NCBI GenBank assembly: GCA_965277805.1 | Contig: OZ255842.1 | Coordinates: 256,001 to 320,000, forward strand | Direction: 5' to 3' | DNA: 64,000 bases | DNA from: Candidatus Lustribacter sp. | Lineage (GTDB): Bacteria; Vulcanimicrobiota; Vulcanimicrobiia; Vulcanimicrobiales; Vulcanimicrobiaceae | Shown: in pieces, positions 1-8,593 of the stretch | Layout: every line of letters starts with the position of its first letter | Position numbering within the stretch: position 1 is the stretch's first letter | Notes under the pieces: generated by a model | Database searches by the model: none | What the model was told of the DNA's origin: nothing | Seen by the model: the letters and a program-made list of their open reading frames with translations, nothing else | Translations under genes and position numbers: made by a program

Positions 1-1141
1 CACCCATCGCCAGGAACAGCTCCGGGACCGAGATCGACTGCACGGCACAGACGGTCGAGTTGTTGCTCGAGCAGTCGTCGATCGCGTCGAGCGAGTTGGT
101 GGCGCGGGTAGCATTCGCGCTGAGGAACGAGCGCAGGCTGAGCAGTTTCGAGCCGCCGCCGAACGTCAGGTGAGTCTTCGCGAGTCCGGGATCCGCCGCG
201 TAGACGCTGTGGATCGGCTGCTTCACGACCGTTCCGTCATTGCGGATCAACTTCTCCGGCCGCACCGTATCGAAGATCCCGGCGATGCTCGGATCGAAAT
301 TGAACAAGGCTGCCGACGCGCCGGGGCCGGCGCCCGGATTGCCGCCGCGCGGAATCGGCAGCAGGTCGTCATCCGGATAGCCGTAGTCGCCCGTATTCAT
401 CAGGGCGATCTTTGCTTGGGCGGTCTTGATAAGGTTGTTCATGCGCACCGCTTGCGCGGCGTAATAGCGCTTCTGGAAATCCGCCGAGTAGTGCGAAGGA
501 CCATTGGGGTTGAACCCGTTCTTGGGGTTGAACGGATCGAGGTCGGGGTTGACGTCTTTCGACGGCGGATCGGCTTCGCTGAGCACCGACGGATTGAGTC
601 CGCGCAGGACGTTCACGGGATTGCCGGGATGCGAATCCGCAAAGATGATGCCGTCGGCGCGCGGCATGCCCGCCAGCTCATCCGTGCAGCGCACGAGCTT
701 GGTGGGTTTGTTGCAGTAGCCCGGGCCGTTCTCCGCGACCGCCTGGTAGAAGCTCATCGTTGGCCCGCCGCCGCTGTGCCCGAATAGGATCACCTTCGTG
801 ATGCCGGGTTGCGCGCGCAAGAATTGCACGCCGGTTTTCACGTCGAGCGCCATCGTTTCGAAGCGCACGGTCTCCTCGTTGCCGATGTAGCGTGAGTTCA
901 TGCACAGCACGAGAAAGCCGCGCTTGGAGAGCTCGGTGCACGCCGGATGGCTGAGATAATTCGCCGTGCGGTGCATCACCAGCACGCCGACGTGCGGTGC
1001 AGGCCCGGTATCGGGATGATAGAGCGCGCCCTGCGCCGGTCCCATCGGGATATAGGTTGGCGCGCTTTGCGCCTTCGCCGCCGGCGGAGCGAACGCGAGC
1101 AGGAACGCAAGAACAGTTAGGAACGTCAAGGGGTATTTCAT
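1..1141 (-). CDS. Secreted alpha/beta-hydrolase (partial; runs off the left edge)
   Basis: Not in the ORF track; translated by hand. ATG at 1141 after AAAGG; signal-like N-terminus MKYPLTFLTVLAFLLAFAPPAAKAQ; nucleophile elbow GHSGGG; frame stays open to base 1. Confidence 0.85.
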   Translation of the reverse strand, partial: MKYPLTFLTVLAFLLAFAPPAAKAQSAPTYIPMGPAQGALYHPDTGPAPHVGVLVMHRTANYLSHPACTELSKRGFLVLCMNSRYIGNEETVRFETMALDVKTGVQFLRAQPGITKVILFGHSGGGPTMSFYQAVAENGPGYCNKPTKLVRCTDELAGMPRADGIIFADSHPGNPVNVLRGLNPSVLSEADPPSKDVNPDLDPFNPKNGFNPNGPSHYSADFQKRYYAAQAVRMNNLIKTAQAKIALMNTGDYGYPDDDLLPIPRGGNPGAGPGASAALFNFDPSIAGIFDTVRPEKLIRNDGTVVKQPIHSVYAADPGLAKTHLTFGGGSKLLSLRSFLSANATRATNSLDAIDDCSSNNSTVCAVQSISVPELFLAMG

Positions 1142-1163
1142 GGGCCGGCCTTTCTTGAAGGTG

Positions 1164-2852
1164 TTACCCGCGGATGAAATTGCGCGGCATTGCGAAATCG
1201 TAGTAGGGAAACGAGTCGAAGATCTTACGTCGCGCGCCGCCGGGATTGTCGAGCACGTGACTCTCCGTGTCGAGCATCATCGTGGAACGGTGCGCGGTCG
1301 TATAGCGCGGCCAGTGCGGCAGCGCCGCGTTGTTGGGATTACCGGTACGTGCGAAGGCGACCCACGCTCCCATCGTCGCGCGCGTCATCGTCGCAAGTTC
1401 GGGACCGGTGCCCACGAGCGCAGCGGCCTCATCGGTCGTTCCGAAGATGAAGGGTACCTCGAGCGTGTGCGGCGACCGTAAGCGGCCGCCGAGCACCGGC
1501 GTCTTCCAATCGAACACGTAGGCGTAGACCGGTGCCGGCTGCACGGACTTGAGGTCTTCAGCCCGCGTTGCATTGCGGCGGTAAACGTAATCGGTCGTAA
1601 TGTCGATGAGCAGGTCGTTGGGGGTCGCGTCGGGCTCGATGGCATGGTAGGCATCGTAAATGTAGGCGGCTGCGTCGTCGCCGATGTGCCAGAAATCTTT
1701 GAGCCGGCCTTTGATGTCGGCTTCGGTCAAGCTGAAGTTCTTGACGTCTTCGGCCTGCCAGAGGGCGATTTCCGAGGCGGCATTTCCCATCATGAACGGC
1801 ACGTGCGCCGAGAGCGGCGGCGCGTTCGGATCGAACGGATCGCGGTGAAAATTGCGATTGTCCAGCACCGGGCGGAATTGCGGATCGTCAACCTTCGGGA
1901 ACGCGGCTAAGCGGCGGTATTTCTCCGCCCCGTATGCGTGACTCGGCTGTCCCGGCGGACCCATGGAGTTGAACGCGGCCAGCAGATCATCCACGGCGAC
2001 CGCTTGCAGTCGGGCTCCGGTCGCGCGGTCGAGGCCGACGCGCTCGGCGAGCGTCTGCGACTTCCTTGCTGCGCCCGGAATCGTATCGAGACGCAGACCG
2101 CCCGAACAGCTCTCCGCAATCGCTTTATGAAAGAGCCCCTTCGCCGCCGGCATACCCATCAGCGCCGTTACCTTCGCAGCGCCGCCCGACTGTCCGAAGA
2201 TCGTCACGTTGCCGGGATCGCCGCCGAAAGCGGCGGCATGTTCGCGAATCCAGCGCAGGGCGGCGACCATGTCCAAGACACCGGCGTTGCCGGAATCTGC
2301 GAACCGCTCGTCGCCGTCGTCGAGGCGGAGATAGCCGAACAGGTTGATGCGATGATTGAGCGTGACGGCCACGACGTCTCCGAGGCGCGCGAGGTTCGTG
2401 CCGTCGAAGCCGGGACCGCCGCCCGATGCATTCTCCCACAGGCCGCCGTGCAGCCACACCATGATCGGCCGGCGCGCACCGTCTCCGAGCCCGGGCGTAA
2501 AGACGTTGAGCACGAGGCAGTCTTCGCTCATCGGCGTGATGAGGTTGTACCAGCGGTTGATCGGCGAGAGCGAGCCCGGCAGTTGGGGGGCGGAGGGTCC
2601 GAGTTCGAGCGCGTCGCGAACGCCGGTCCAGGGTGTCACCGGCCGGGGAGGCAGGAAGCGGTTTGCACCGGCTGTCGTCGCGCCGTAGCGCATTCCCTTG
2701 AACGCGTAGATGCCGTCGTGCGCCGTGCCGCGCACCTTGCCGTGCGCGGTTTCCACCACGGGGCTCGCGGTAAGCGCCTGCGCGTTGCCGCGCAGAACGG
2801 CGAATGCGGCGCCTCCCGCCAGCAGCGTGCGTCGCGTCAGATCACGTGTCAT
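1164..2852 (-). CDS. Type B carboxylesterase (p-nitrobenzyl esterase-like) with TAT signal
   Basis: TRRTLL twin-arginine leader; SEDCLVLNVFTP, WLHGG, FGGDPGNVTIFGQSGG and HTLEVPFIFG motifs. Confidence 0.93.
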   Translation of the reverse strand: MTRDLTRRTLLAGGAAFAVLRGNAQALTASPVVETAHGKVRGTAHDGIYAFKGMRYGATTAGANRFLPPRPVTPWTGVRDALELGPSAPQLPGSLSPINRWYNLITPMSEDCLVLNVFTPGLGDGARRPIMVWLHGGLWENASGGGPGFDGTNLARLGDVVAVTLNHRINLFGYLRLDDGDERFADSGNAGVLDMVAALRWIREHAAAFGGDPGNVTIFGQSGGAAKVTALMGMPAAKGLFHKAIAESCSGGLRLDTIPGAARKSQTLAERVGLDRATGARLQAVAVDDLLAAFNSMGPPGQPSHAYGAEKYRRLAAFPKVDDPQFRPVLDNRNFHRDPFDPNAPPLSAHVPFMMGNAASEIALWQAEDVKNFSLTEADIKGRLKDFWHIGDDAAAYIYDAYHAIEPDATPNDLLIDITTDYVYRRNATRAEDLKSVQPAPVYAYVFDWKTPVLGGRLRSPHTLEVPFIFGTTDEAAALVGTGPELATMTRATMGAWVAFARTGNPNNAALPHWPRYTTAHRSTMMLDTESHVLDNPGGARRKIFDSFPYYDFAMPRNFIRG

Positions 2853-3754
2853 AGCGCATTCTCCAAGAGTCGCATGAGGTTGGGGCCTTCGATCGCCTGC
2901 AATTCATCGCTGCTGAAGCCGCTTTGCCGCAGGCCGGCGAGTTGCTCTTCCGCGCCGCGATAGGGGAAGTCCGTGCCGAAGAGCACTTGCGATACCGGCA
3001 CCAGCTCGCGCAGCGATGCCATGGCCCCGCGATTCGCGACTTGCGCCGTTTCGTAGTAGAAGCGCTGCAATTCCGGCATGAGCCCATTCGGGAGCCGCGC
3101 GGCCATGCGCTGCTGCTTCGCGAGATTCACGAACCGTCCGATCAAGAACGGCAGCGTTCCGCCGCCGTGCGAGAAGATGAAGCGGATGTGCGGATACTTC
3201 ACCGTCGTGCCGCTGAAGACGAGACTTGCGATGGCGCGCGTCGTATCCGTTCCGAACTCGATCGCCGTCGGGGGTATGCCGGGCACGATATCGGCACAAC
3301 ACGCGTTCAACGTCGGATGCGTGTAGACGATGGCCCGGCGGCGATCGAGTTCCGCGTAGATCGGATCGAGTACGGGATCGCCGAGATAGGCCGTGCCGTA
3401 GCTCGTGAAGAGCCCGATGCCGTGCGCCCCCAAAACGTCGTGCGCATGCGCGATTTCGCTCAGGCAAGCGTCGATATCGGGGATCGGCAACGCAGCGAAA
3501 AAGCCGAAGCGCCCGGGATGCTGACGCACGAGCGTGGCGGCGTACTCGTTCGTGGCGCGTGCCGTCGCGGCGGTGAGATCTGCGTCAGGGGTAGCGGAGA
3601 GCAGCGCTTTGTCGACGTTGCTGCGATCCATGTCTGCGAGCGAGTTCTCGACCGACCAGGCTTTCGAAACGGCGGGTAACTCGCCGCGCGCATCGAGCAT
3701 CGCGTTGACGTCCGGAGCATAGAAGTGATGATGAACGTCGATGCGCGCGGTCAT
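2849..3754 (-). CDS. Amidohydrolase_2 family protein (ACMSD / 6-methylsalicylate decarboxylase-like)
   Basis: IDVHHH, YTHPT, SHGGGTLPFL and FGTDFPY motifs. Confidence 0.9.
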   Translation of the reverse strand: MTARIDVHHHFYAPDVNAMLDARGELPAVSKAWSVENSLADMDRSNVDKALLSATPDADLTAATARATNEYAATLVRQHPGRFGFFAALPIPDIDACLSEIAHAHDVLGAHGIGLFTSYGTAYLGDPVLDPIYAELDRRRAIVYTHPTLNACCADIVPGIPPTAIEFGTDTTRAIASLVFSGTTVKYPHIRFIFSHGGGTLPFLIGRFVNLAKQQRMAARLPNGLMPELQRFYYETAQVANRGAMASLRELVPVSQVLFGTDFPYRGAEEQLAGLRQSGFSSDELQAIEGPNLMRLLENAL

Positions 3755-3761
3755 GCTGGCG

Positions 3762-3809
3762 AGTATATCGGACCTCGCCTGGCCCCGCCTGCCCGCAATA
3801 TGCTATTCT
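3762..3809. promoter_or_regulatory. Back-to-back -10 boxes for two probably leaderless divergent genes
   Basis: TATACT (minus strand, 3762-3767) lies 7 nt before ATG 3754; TGcTATTCT (plus strand, 3801-3809) lies 6 nt before ATG 3816; no SD on either side. Confidence 0.5.
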
Positions 3810-3815
3810 TGCGGC

Positions 3816-4199
3816 ATGTTTCACCTCGATGGGTTCCTCGACTACGCCCTCGTCTTTCTCCGGATCATGGTGGGCCTAGTCTTTGCGTCCAGCGGCCTCA
3901 AGCACGTGAAAGATCCCGAGACGCGCAGCAAGGACATCGGTCTGCCGAAGAACGTCACGCTGTTCCTCGGCTGCGCCGAACTGCTCGGCGGGATCGCGGT
4001 GATCATCGGCTTCCTCGTGCAACTTGCATGCATCGGCTTGCTGCTCATCATGGCCGGGGCGTTGCAGAAAAAGCTGTTCGTCTGGAAGACCGGCTTCTGG
4101 GGTAAAGACGGTCTCGGTTGGAACTACGACCTGATCTGCGCGTCGATGCTGATCGTGATCCTCTGCGCCGACGGCGGCCGCTTCACGATCTTCGGGTAA
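3816..4199 (+). CDS. DoxX family membrane protein
   Basis: LRIMVGLVFASSGLKH...AELLGG...GWNYDL pattern with about 4 TM segments; start moved to ATG 3816. Confidence 0.85.
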   Translation: MFHLDGFLDYALVFLRIMVGLVFASSGLKHVKDPETRSKDIGLPKNVTLFLGCAELLGGIAVIIGFLVQLACIGLLLIMAGALQKKLFVWKTGFWGKDGLGWNYDLICASMLIVILCADGGRFTIFG

Positions 4200-4211
4200 A
4201 GGAGCTCGACC

Positions 4212-4850
4212 ATGCCGGACATCGATAAGTACGTCGACGACATCATCACGCGCCAATCCGACCTGCAGCGCCGCATGTATCGCGAAACGATGGCGGTGCC
4301 GCACGGCCGGATGCAGACCGGACCCGATCAATCCGCATTCTTGTCCTTTTTGGTGAAGCTGATCGGCGCGAAACGGGCGATCGAGGTCGGCGTGTTTCGC
4401 GGCTTCGGTTCGCTCGCGATCGCGAGCGCGCTCCCGCCCGACGGCAAGCTCATCGCGTGCGATGTGAGCGAAGAGTTCACGCGCGCGGCGCGTGCCTATT
4501 GGAAAGAAGCCGGGATCGAGGGAAAGATCGATCTGCGGATCGCGCCGGCGACGCAGACGCTCGAAGCCCTGATCGCAAGCGAGGGTCCCGGCAGCTTCGA
4601 CTTCGCGTTTGTCGACGCCGACAAATCGAAGTACCCGGTGTATTACGAGCAATGTCTCACGCTGTTGCGCGTGGGCGGACTTGTCGCGTTCGACAATGTC
4701 CTCTGGGGCGGTACGGTCGCCGACAAGCGTTACAAGGACGAGGACACCGCAGCGCTGCGCGCGCTGAATCTGAAGATCCGTGACGATCAGCGCGTCGATG
4801 CGGTCCTCGTCACGATCGGAGACGGCTTCCACCTCGCCCGGAAACGCTGA
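4212..4850 (+). CDS. SAM-dependent O-methyltransferase (caffeoyl-CoA/catechol type)
   Basis: IEVGVFRGFG, FDFAFVDADK and DNVLWGG motifs; GGAG SD. Confidence 0.92.
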   Translation: MPDIDKYVDDIITRQSDLQRRMYRETMAVPHGRMQTGPDQSAFLSFLVKLIGAKRAIEVGVFRGFGSLAIASALPPDGKLIACDVSEEFTRAARAYWKEAGIEGKIDLRIAPATQTLEALIASEGPGSFDFAFVDADKSKYPVYYEQCLTLLRVGGLVAFDNVLWGGTVADKRYKDEDTAALRALNLKIRDDQRVDAVLVTIGDGFHLARKR

Positions 4851-5290
4851 TGGCCGGCATGTCCCAGGCGGACGTATTCGATCTCCAGCGCTTCGTGCAG
4901 GCGCAAGATCCGGTCTTTGCAAGCGTGGAAGCCGAACTCCGGGCAGGCCGCAAGCGCACCCACTGGATCTGGTTCGTGTTCCCGCAACTGCGCGGGCTCG
5001 GACATTCCGAACTGGCACGATATTACGGCATCGCGTCGCTTGACGAAGCGAAAGCCTACCTCGCACATCCCGTACTCGGCCCACGCCTCACTGCCTGCAC
5101 GAATCTCGTGCTCGCGGTAAAGAACGTCTCCCTGACACAAATTTTCGGCACGCCGGACGATCTGAAGTTCTGTTCGTCGATGACTCTCTTCGCGCTCGCA
5201 AGCGCAGCAGGAGAGCCGGTCTTCGAGCAAGCCCTGCAGCGCTATTGCAGCGGCAAACGCGACGCGCGGACGCTAAAGCTCGCGGGTTAA
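4850..5290 (+). CDS. DUF1810 family protein
   Basis: DLQRFVQAQ, ELRAGRKRTHWIWFVFPQLRGLG and DDLKFCSSMTLF motifs. Confidence 0.9.
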   Translation: MAGMSQADVFDLQRFVQAQDPVFASVEAELRAGRKRTHWIWFVFPQLRGLGHSELARYYGIASLDEAKAYLAHPVLGPRLTACTNLVLAVKNVSLTQIFGTPDDLKFCSSMTLFALASAAGEPVFEQALQRYCSGKRDARTLKLAG

Positions 5291-6222
5291 ATTTGGGCGA
5301 TGATTTCGGCGGCGGGGAAGTTGCGCTTTAGGAGACCGTATTTGGCGCCGGCGTCGATGACGGGCTGAACGAGCGGCGGGGTGACTTCTTCGCCGAACAG
5401 CGTGCGCACCGACCTTGCGACTACGGCGGGGTCTTGCTTCGTCAACGTCGCGACGGCTTGGACCGATGCGCCGGGATCGGTGTTGTACCAATGTGCGCAC
5501 GAGATGAGCGCGGACTTGATTCTGCGCGCGGCATCGGGATGTGCGGCGATCCATGCCCCCGATGCGACGTAGGCGCCGTTGAGGAATCGTGTCGCGATGC
5601 CGTCGTTCGGCGAGCCGATCGAACGGCATGTCGCTAGGGCGGTCGTTGCGTAGGGCTGCGTGATCTCGGCGGAGTCGATACGGCCGGCTTCCAGCGCGGC
5701 CTGCATCGAGGAGAACGGCATCTCGATCCACTGGATGCTCTTGGAATCGCCGCCGTGTTTGTCGATCCATGCTTCGGACGAGATTTGAGCCGCGCCGCGC
5801 AGCACGTTGACGGCCACCGTCTTGCCGTTGAGCGCGCTGCCGCTGTTGATCGGCGAATCTTTGCGGACCATCATTTGCGAGCCGCCGTGACCGCTAACGT
5901 ACATCGGGCCGCCGGAGATCATCTTCAGGTCGACGCCGTTCTGGTGCGCGAGCGCCAGCGACATCGTGTTCATGCTGCCGATGACGATGTCGCCGCCGAC
6001 GATCGCGGCGGCGATGGCGTCACCGGAGCCGAGCGTCTGAATGTCGAGCGCAACGCCGGCCTTCGCAAAATAGCCTTGCGATTGCGCGAGCGGCATCAAT
6101 GCGTCGCCTTCAATCGGCGTCGCCGCGGCCCGGAACTGTTGCGGGCTCTGCGCGAACAGCGTCCGCGGCATGCCCGCAACGGCGACGCCGAGCGTGACGG
6201 CGATCAACTCGCTGCGCTTCAT
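5287..6222 (-). CDS. ABC substrate-binding protein, NMT1/SsuA/TauA type
   Basis: Signal-like N-terminus; GYFAKAGV, LNGKTVAVN, AWIDKHGGD and ALEAGRIDSA motifs. Confidence 0.88.
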   Translation of the reverse strand: MKRSELIAVTLGVAVAGMPRTLFAQSPQQFRAAATPIEGDALMPLAQSQGYFAKAGVALDIQTLGSGDAIAAAIVGGDIVIGSMNTMSLALAHQNGVDLKMISGGPMYVSGHGGSQMMVRKDSPINSGSALNGKTVAVNVLRGAAQISSEAWIDKHGGDSKSIQWIEMPFSSMQAALEAGRIDSAEITQPYATTALATCRSIGSPNDGIATRFLNGAYVASGAWIAAHPDAARRIKSALISCAHWYNTDPGASVQAVATLTKQDPAVVARSVRTLFGEEVTPPLVQPVIDAGAKYGLLKRNFPAAEIIAQI

Positions 6223-6701
6223 CGCGCGAACACGGCAGTGATTCGGCCCTGATCGAGGATGTGTCCGTTCATGCAGAACATCAGCATCGCGCCCGTCGTT
6301 CCCGATCCGAGGCCGAGCGTATCGACATCGAGTGCATAGACGTTGAACTGGTAATGGTGCGCGGGCCCGGGCGGCGGCGCCGCGCCGCCATAGCCGATCG
6401 CGCCGAAATCCGTATAACCGAGAATGGTGCCCGGAACGGCCTTTTCGGGCGAACCGGCGCCGGCGGGCAGCGCCGTTTTATCGCCCGGGATGTCCATCAC
6501 GAGCCAATGCCAGAACCCGACCGTCGTCGGCGCATCGGGATCGTAGCAGATGACGACGTAGCTCTTCGTTCCGGCCGGGCCGGTGCTCCAGGCGAGATCC
6601 GGCGAAACGTTTCCGCCGGTCAATCCGAAGCCGTTGAAGACGGCCGAATTGGGAAGCGTGCCGCCGTCGGCGAAAAGCGTACTTGTAACCTTCAGCGCCA
6701 A
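6219..6701 (-). CDS. YbhB/YbcL (PEBP/RKIP-like) protein
   Basis: NVSPDLAW, DPDAPT..GFWHW and GAAPPPG..HHYQFNVYALD motifs; TTG start with AGGAG SD. Confidence 0.93.
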   Translation of the reverse strand: MALKVTSTLFADGGTLPNSAVFNGFGLTGGNVSPDLAWSTGPAGTKSYVVICYDPDAPTTVGFWHWLVMDIPGDKTALPAGAGSPEKAVPGTILGYTDFGAIGYGGAAPPPGPAHHYQFNVYALDVDTLGLGSGTTGAMLMFCMNGHILDQGRITAVFAR

Positions 6702-6711
6702 AGCGAGTCTC

Positions 6712-7608
6712 CTAGGTCTTGACGGTTGAGGCTTTGTATATCTCGTCGATCGCTTCCCCGAGTGCGGTGTTGAACTCGGCGTCGCTCATGTTCACGTTGA
6801 GCCCGTCGACCAGCGCGCGCGAAAAGCTCGCGATCATCTTGTGGTTCTTGGCGAGGCGCGCGCAGGCTTCGTGGCGCGGGTAGCCGCCCGAGAGCGCAAC
6901 GACGCGCTGAATCCCTTTGTGCGCGATCAGCGGCGCATAGAGATCCGGCACCTCGGGGATCGTCACCTTGACCATGACTTGCTGACCGGCCGGCAGCGCA
7001 TCTGCGCCCTTGAGCAGTTCTTCGAGCAGCAGTTGTTCGGCTTTCGCTTTCTCGGGGCTCTTGATCAGCACTTCGGGTTCGAGGATCGGCACCAAGCCGT
7101 GCGCGTAAATCTGCGCGCCGACCTCGTATTGCTGTTTGGCGATCGCAGCGACGCCTTTGGGGTTCGCGAGGTTGATCGTCGAGCGCATCTTCGTGCCGTA
7201 CACGCCGAGTTTCACGGCGCGCTCGAGCAATGCATCGAGCCCCTTGATCGGCTTCATCAGCGTGACGCCGTCGGCTTCCGGCTCCATGCCTTGATCGACT
7301 TTGAGCAACGGCACGACGCCGCGGTCTTCCCACAGATACGACGGCACGGGTTTGCCGCCGGCTTGCCCATCCATCGTGCGCTCGAAGAGGATCGCGCCGA
7401 TAACTTTGTCGCCGGTAAACGCCGGCGCGCTCATGATGCGCACGCGCATCTCGTGCATCAACTTGAACATCTCGTCGTCGCCGCTGTAGGCGGTATCCGG
7501 GATGCCGTAGGCGCGGAGGGCGCCGGGTGTCGAGCCGCCGCTCTGGTCGAGGGCGGCGAGAAAGCCGGGCTTCTCGGAGAGCTGCTTGCTCATGGCGGCA
7601 TTTGACAC
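6712..7608 (-). CDS. fda: Class I fructose-bisphosphate aldolase
   Basis: AALDQSGGSTPGAL, GAILFERTM, GTKMRS, PILEPEV, VALSGGY and ASFSRAL motifs. Confidence 0.93.
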   Translation of the reverse strand: MSNAAMSKQLSEKPGFLAALDQSGGSTPGALRAYGIPDTAYSGDDEMFKLMHEMRVRIMSAPAFTGDKVIGAILFERTMDGQAGGKPVPSYLWEDRGVVPLLKVDQGMEPEADGVTLMKPIKGLDALLERAVKLGVYGTKMRSTINLANPKGVAAIAKQQYEVGAQIYAHGLVPILEPEVLIKSPEKAKAEQLLLEELLKGADALPAGQQVMVKVTIPEVPDLYAPLIAHKGIQRVVALSGGYPRHEACARLAKNHKMIASFSRALVDGLNVNMSDAEFNTALGEAIDEIYKASTVKT

Positions 7609-7633
7609 GGTGGGTCCCCTCTACGGATCGGCT

Positions 7634-8539
7634 CTAGTTGGCGCTTCCAATTCGGATGGACCCTGATTTCTCTTTCCATCCACGTTCGCGCGTATGCGCA
7701 AAAATCGGCAGGCCGACGAGTAAGAGTTCGAGTTCTGTGACCGACGTCAACAGCGCACCTTCATCGCGTTCGACGGAGAATGCGGCTTGCGGGCGGAGTT
7801 CGTGCTCGCCTGCCATCCCGGTACCCGCGATGATCACGCCGATTTGCGTGCTGCGCCGCGGCGTGATGCGCGCGCTTGCCCCGGCGGCGACGCGTACCAT
7901 CGCGATTTCGAACCGGCGTTCGGAAAACGTGCCGAGCCGTTTGATCGCGACGCCGGGTTGATCCGGATCGGCCACCCAATCGAAATGCGCCGGCTTCATC
8001 AAGATCGGTTCATCGTAGCGCGGCTTCGGATATTCCATCGGACGGCCGTTGATGTGTTCCCACACCGCTTCGTAGCTGTCACGCGTGCGGCGCATGCCGG
8101 GCGGAACGTCGCCGGTGCGCGTGAAGACGCCCTTTTCGAACGTACCGAAGGCTTTCATCTCTTCCATGCCCTCGAACATGCGGCGCAGGCTGATGTAGCC
8201 GCAGCCGCTCGCGCCGCCGAATTGAAACGTCATACCGTAACGCGCGGTGTCGTACTCTTGCGGACCGTACGGCGTGCCTTCCGGGAAATAGGCGATCTCG
8301 CCGGGCTGGATCCACTGGTCGGGACCGTAGTTCATCGGGCCGCCGCCGAGGATGATCCGAATCTGATCGAAGTTGTGCGCGTGGCGCGGGCTGTAGAACG
8401 GGCCCACCTGGCGGCTGAAGTTCAGCCGGTAGTTGTCGATCGCATCGTCCTCGCCGGACAGCAGGATCTGGCCGTCCTTCGGGTTGCCCCGGAAGTCTTC
8501 GCCGACTGCGTTGTTCGGATCGACGTAGGCGATCTTCAT
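7634..8539 (-). CDS. Hypothetical bicupin-like protein
   Basis: SPRHAHNFDQIR and YFPEGTPYGPQ cupin-type motifs; second beta-rich C-terminal half; start moved to ATG 8539. Confidence 0.7.
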   Translation of the reverse strand: MKIAYVDPNNAVGEDFRGNPKDGQILLSGEDDAIDNYRLNFSRQVGPFYSPRHAHNFDQIRIILGGGPMNYGPDQWIQPGEIAYFPEGTPYGPQEYDTARYGMTFQFGGASGCGYISLRRMFEGMEEMKAFGTFEKGVFTRTGDVPPGMRRTRDSYEAVWEHINGRPMEYPKPRYDEPILMKPAHFDWVADPDQPGVAIKRLGTFSERRFEIAMVRVAAGASARITPRRSTQIGVIIAGTGMAGEHELRPQAAFSVERDEGALLTSVTELELLLVGLPIFAHTRERGWKEKSGSIRIGSAN

Positions 8540-8593
8540 GGGTGGCCCTTCGAGAGGTCGGTGCTGACGTACTGCAATAATGCGGTCTTCACG

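Noticed and set aside
6712-7608. Class I aldolase as evidence of carbon fixation
   Set aside because: No RuBisCO, phosphoribulokinase or other Calvin-cycle genes in the window; a glycolytic or gluconeogenic role is sufficient.
7787-8593. Apparent 270-aa N-terminal extension of the amidohydrolase
   Set aside because: It is antisense to the cupin gene; the TAT leader defines the start near 8594.
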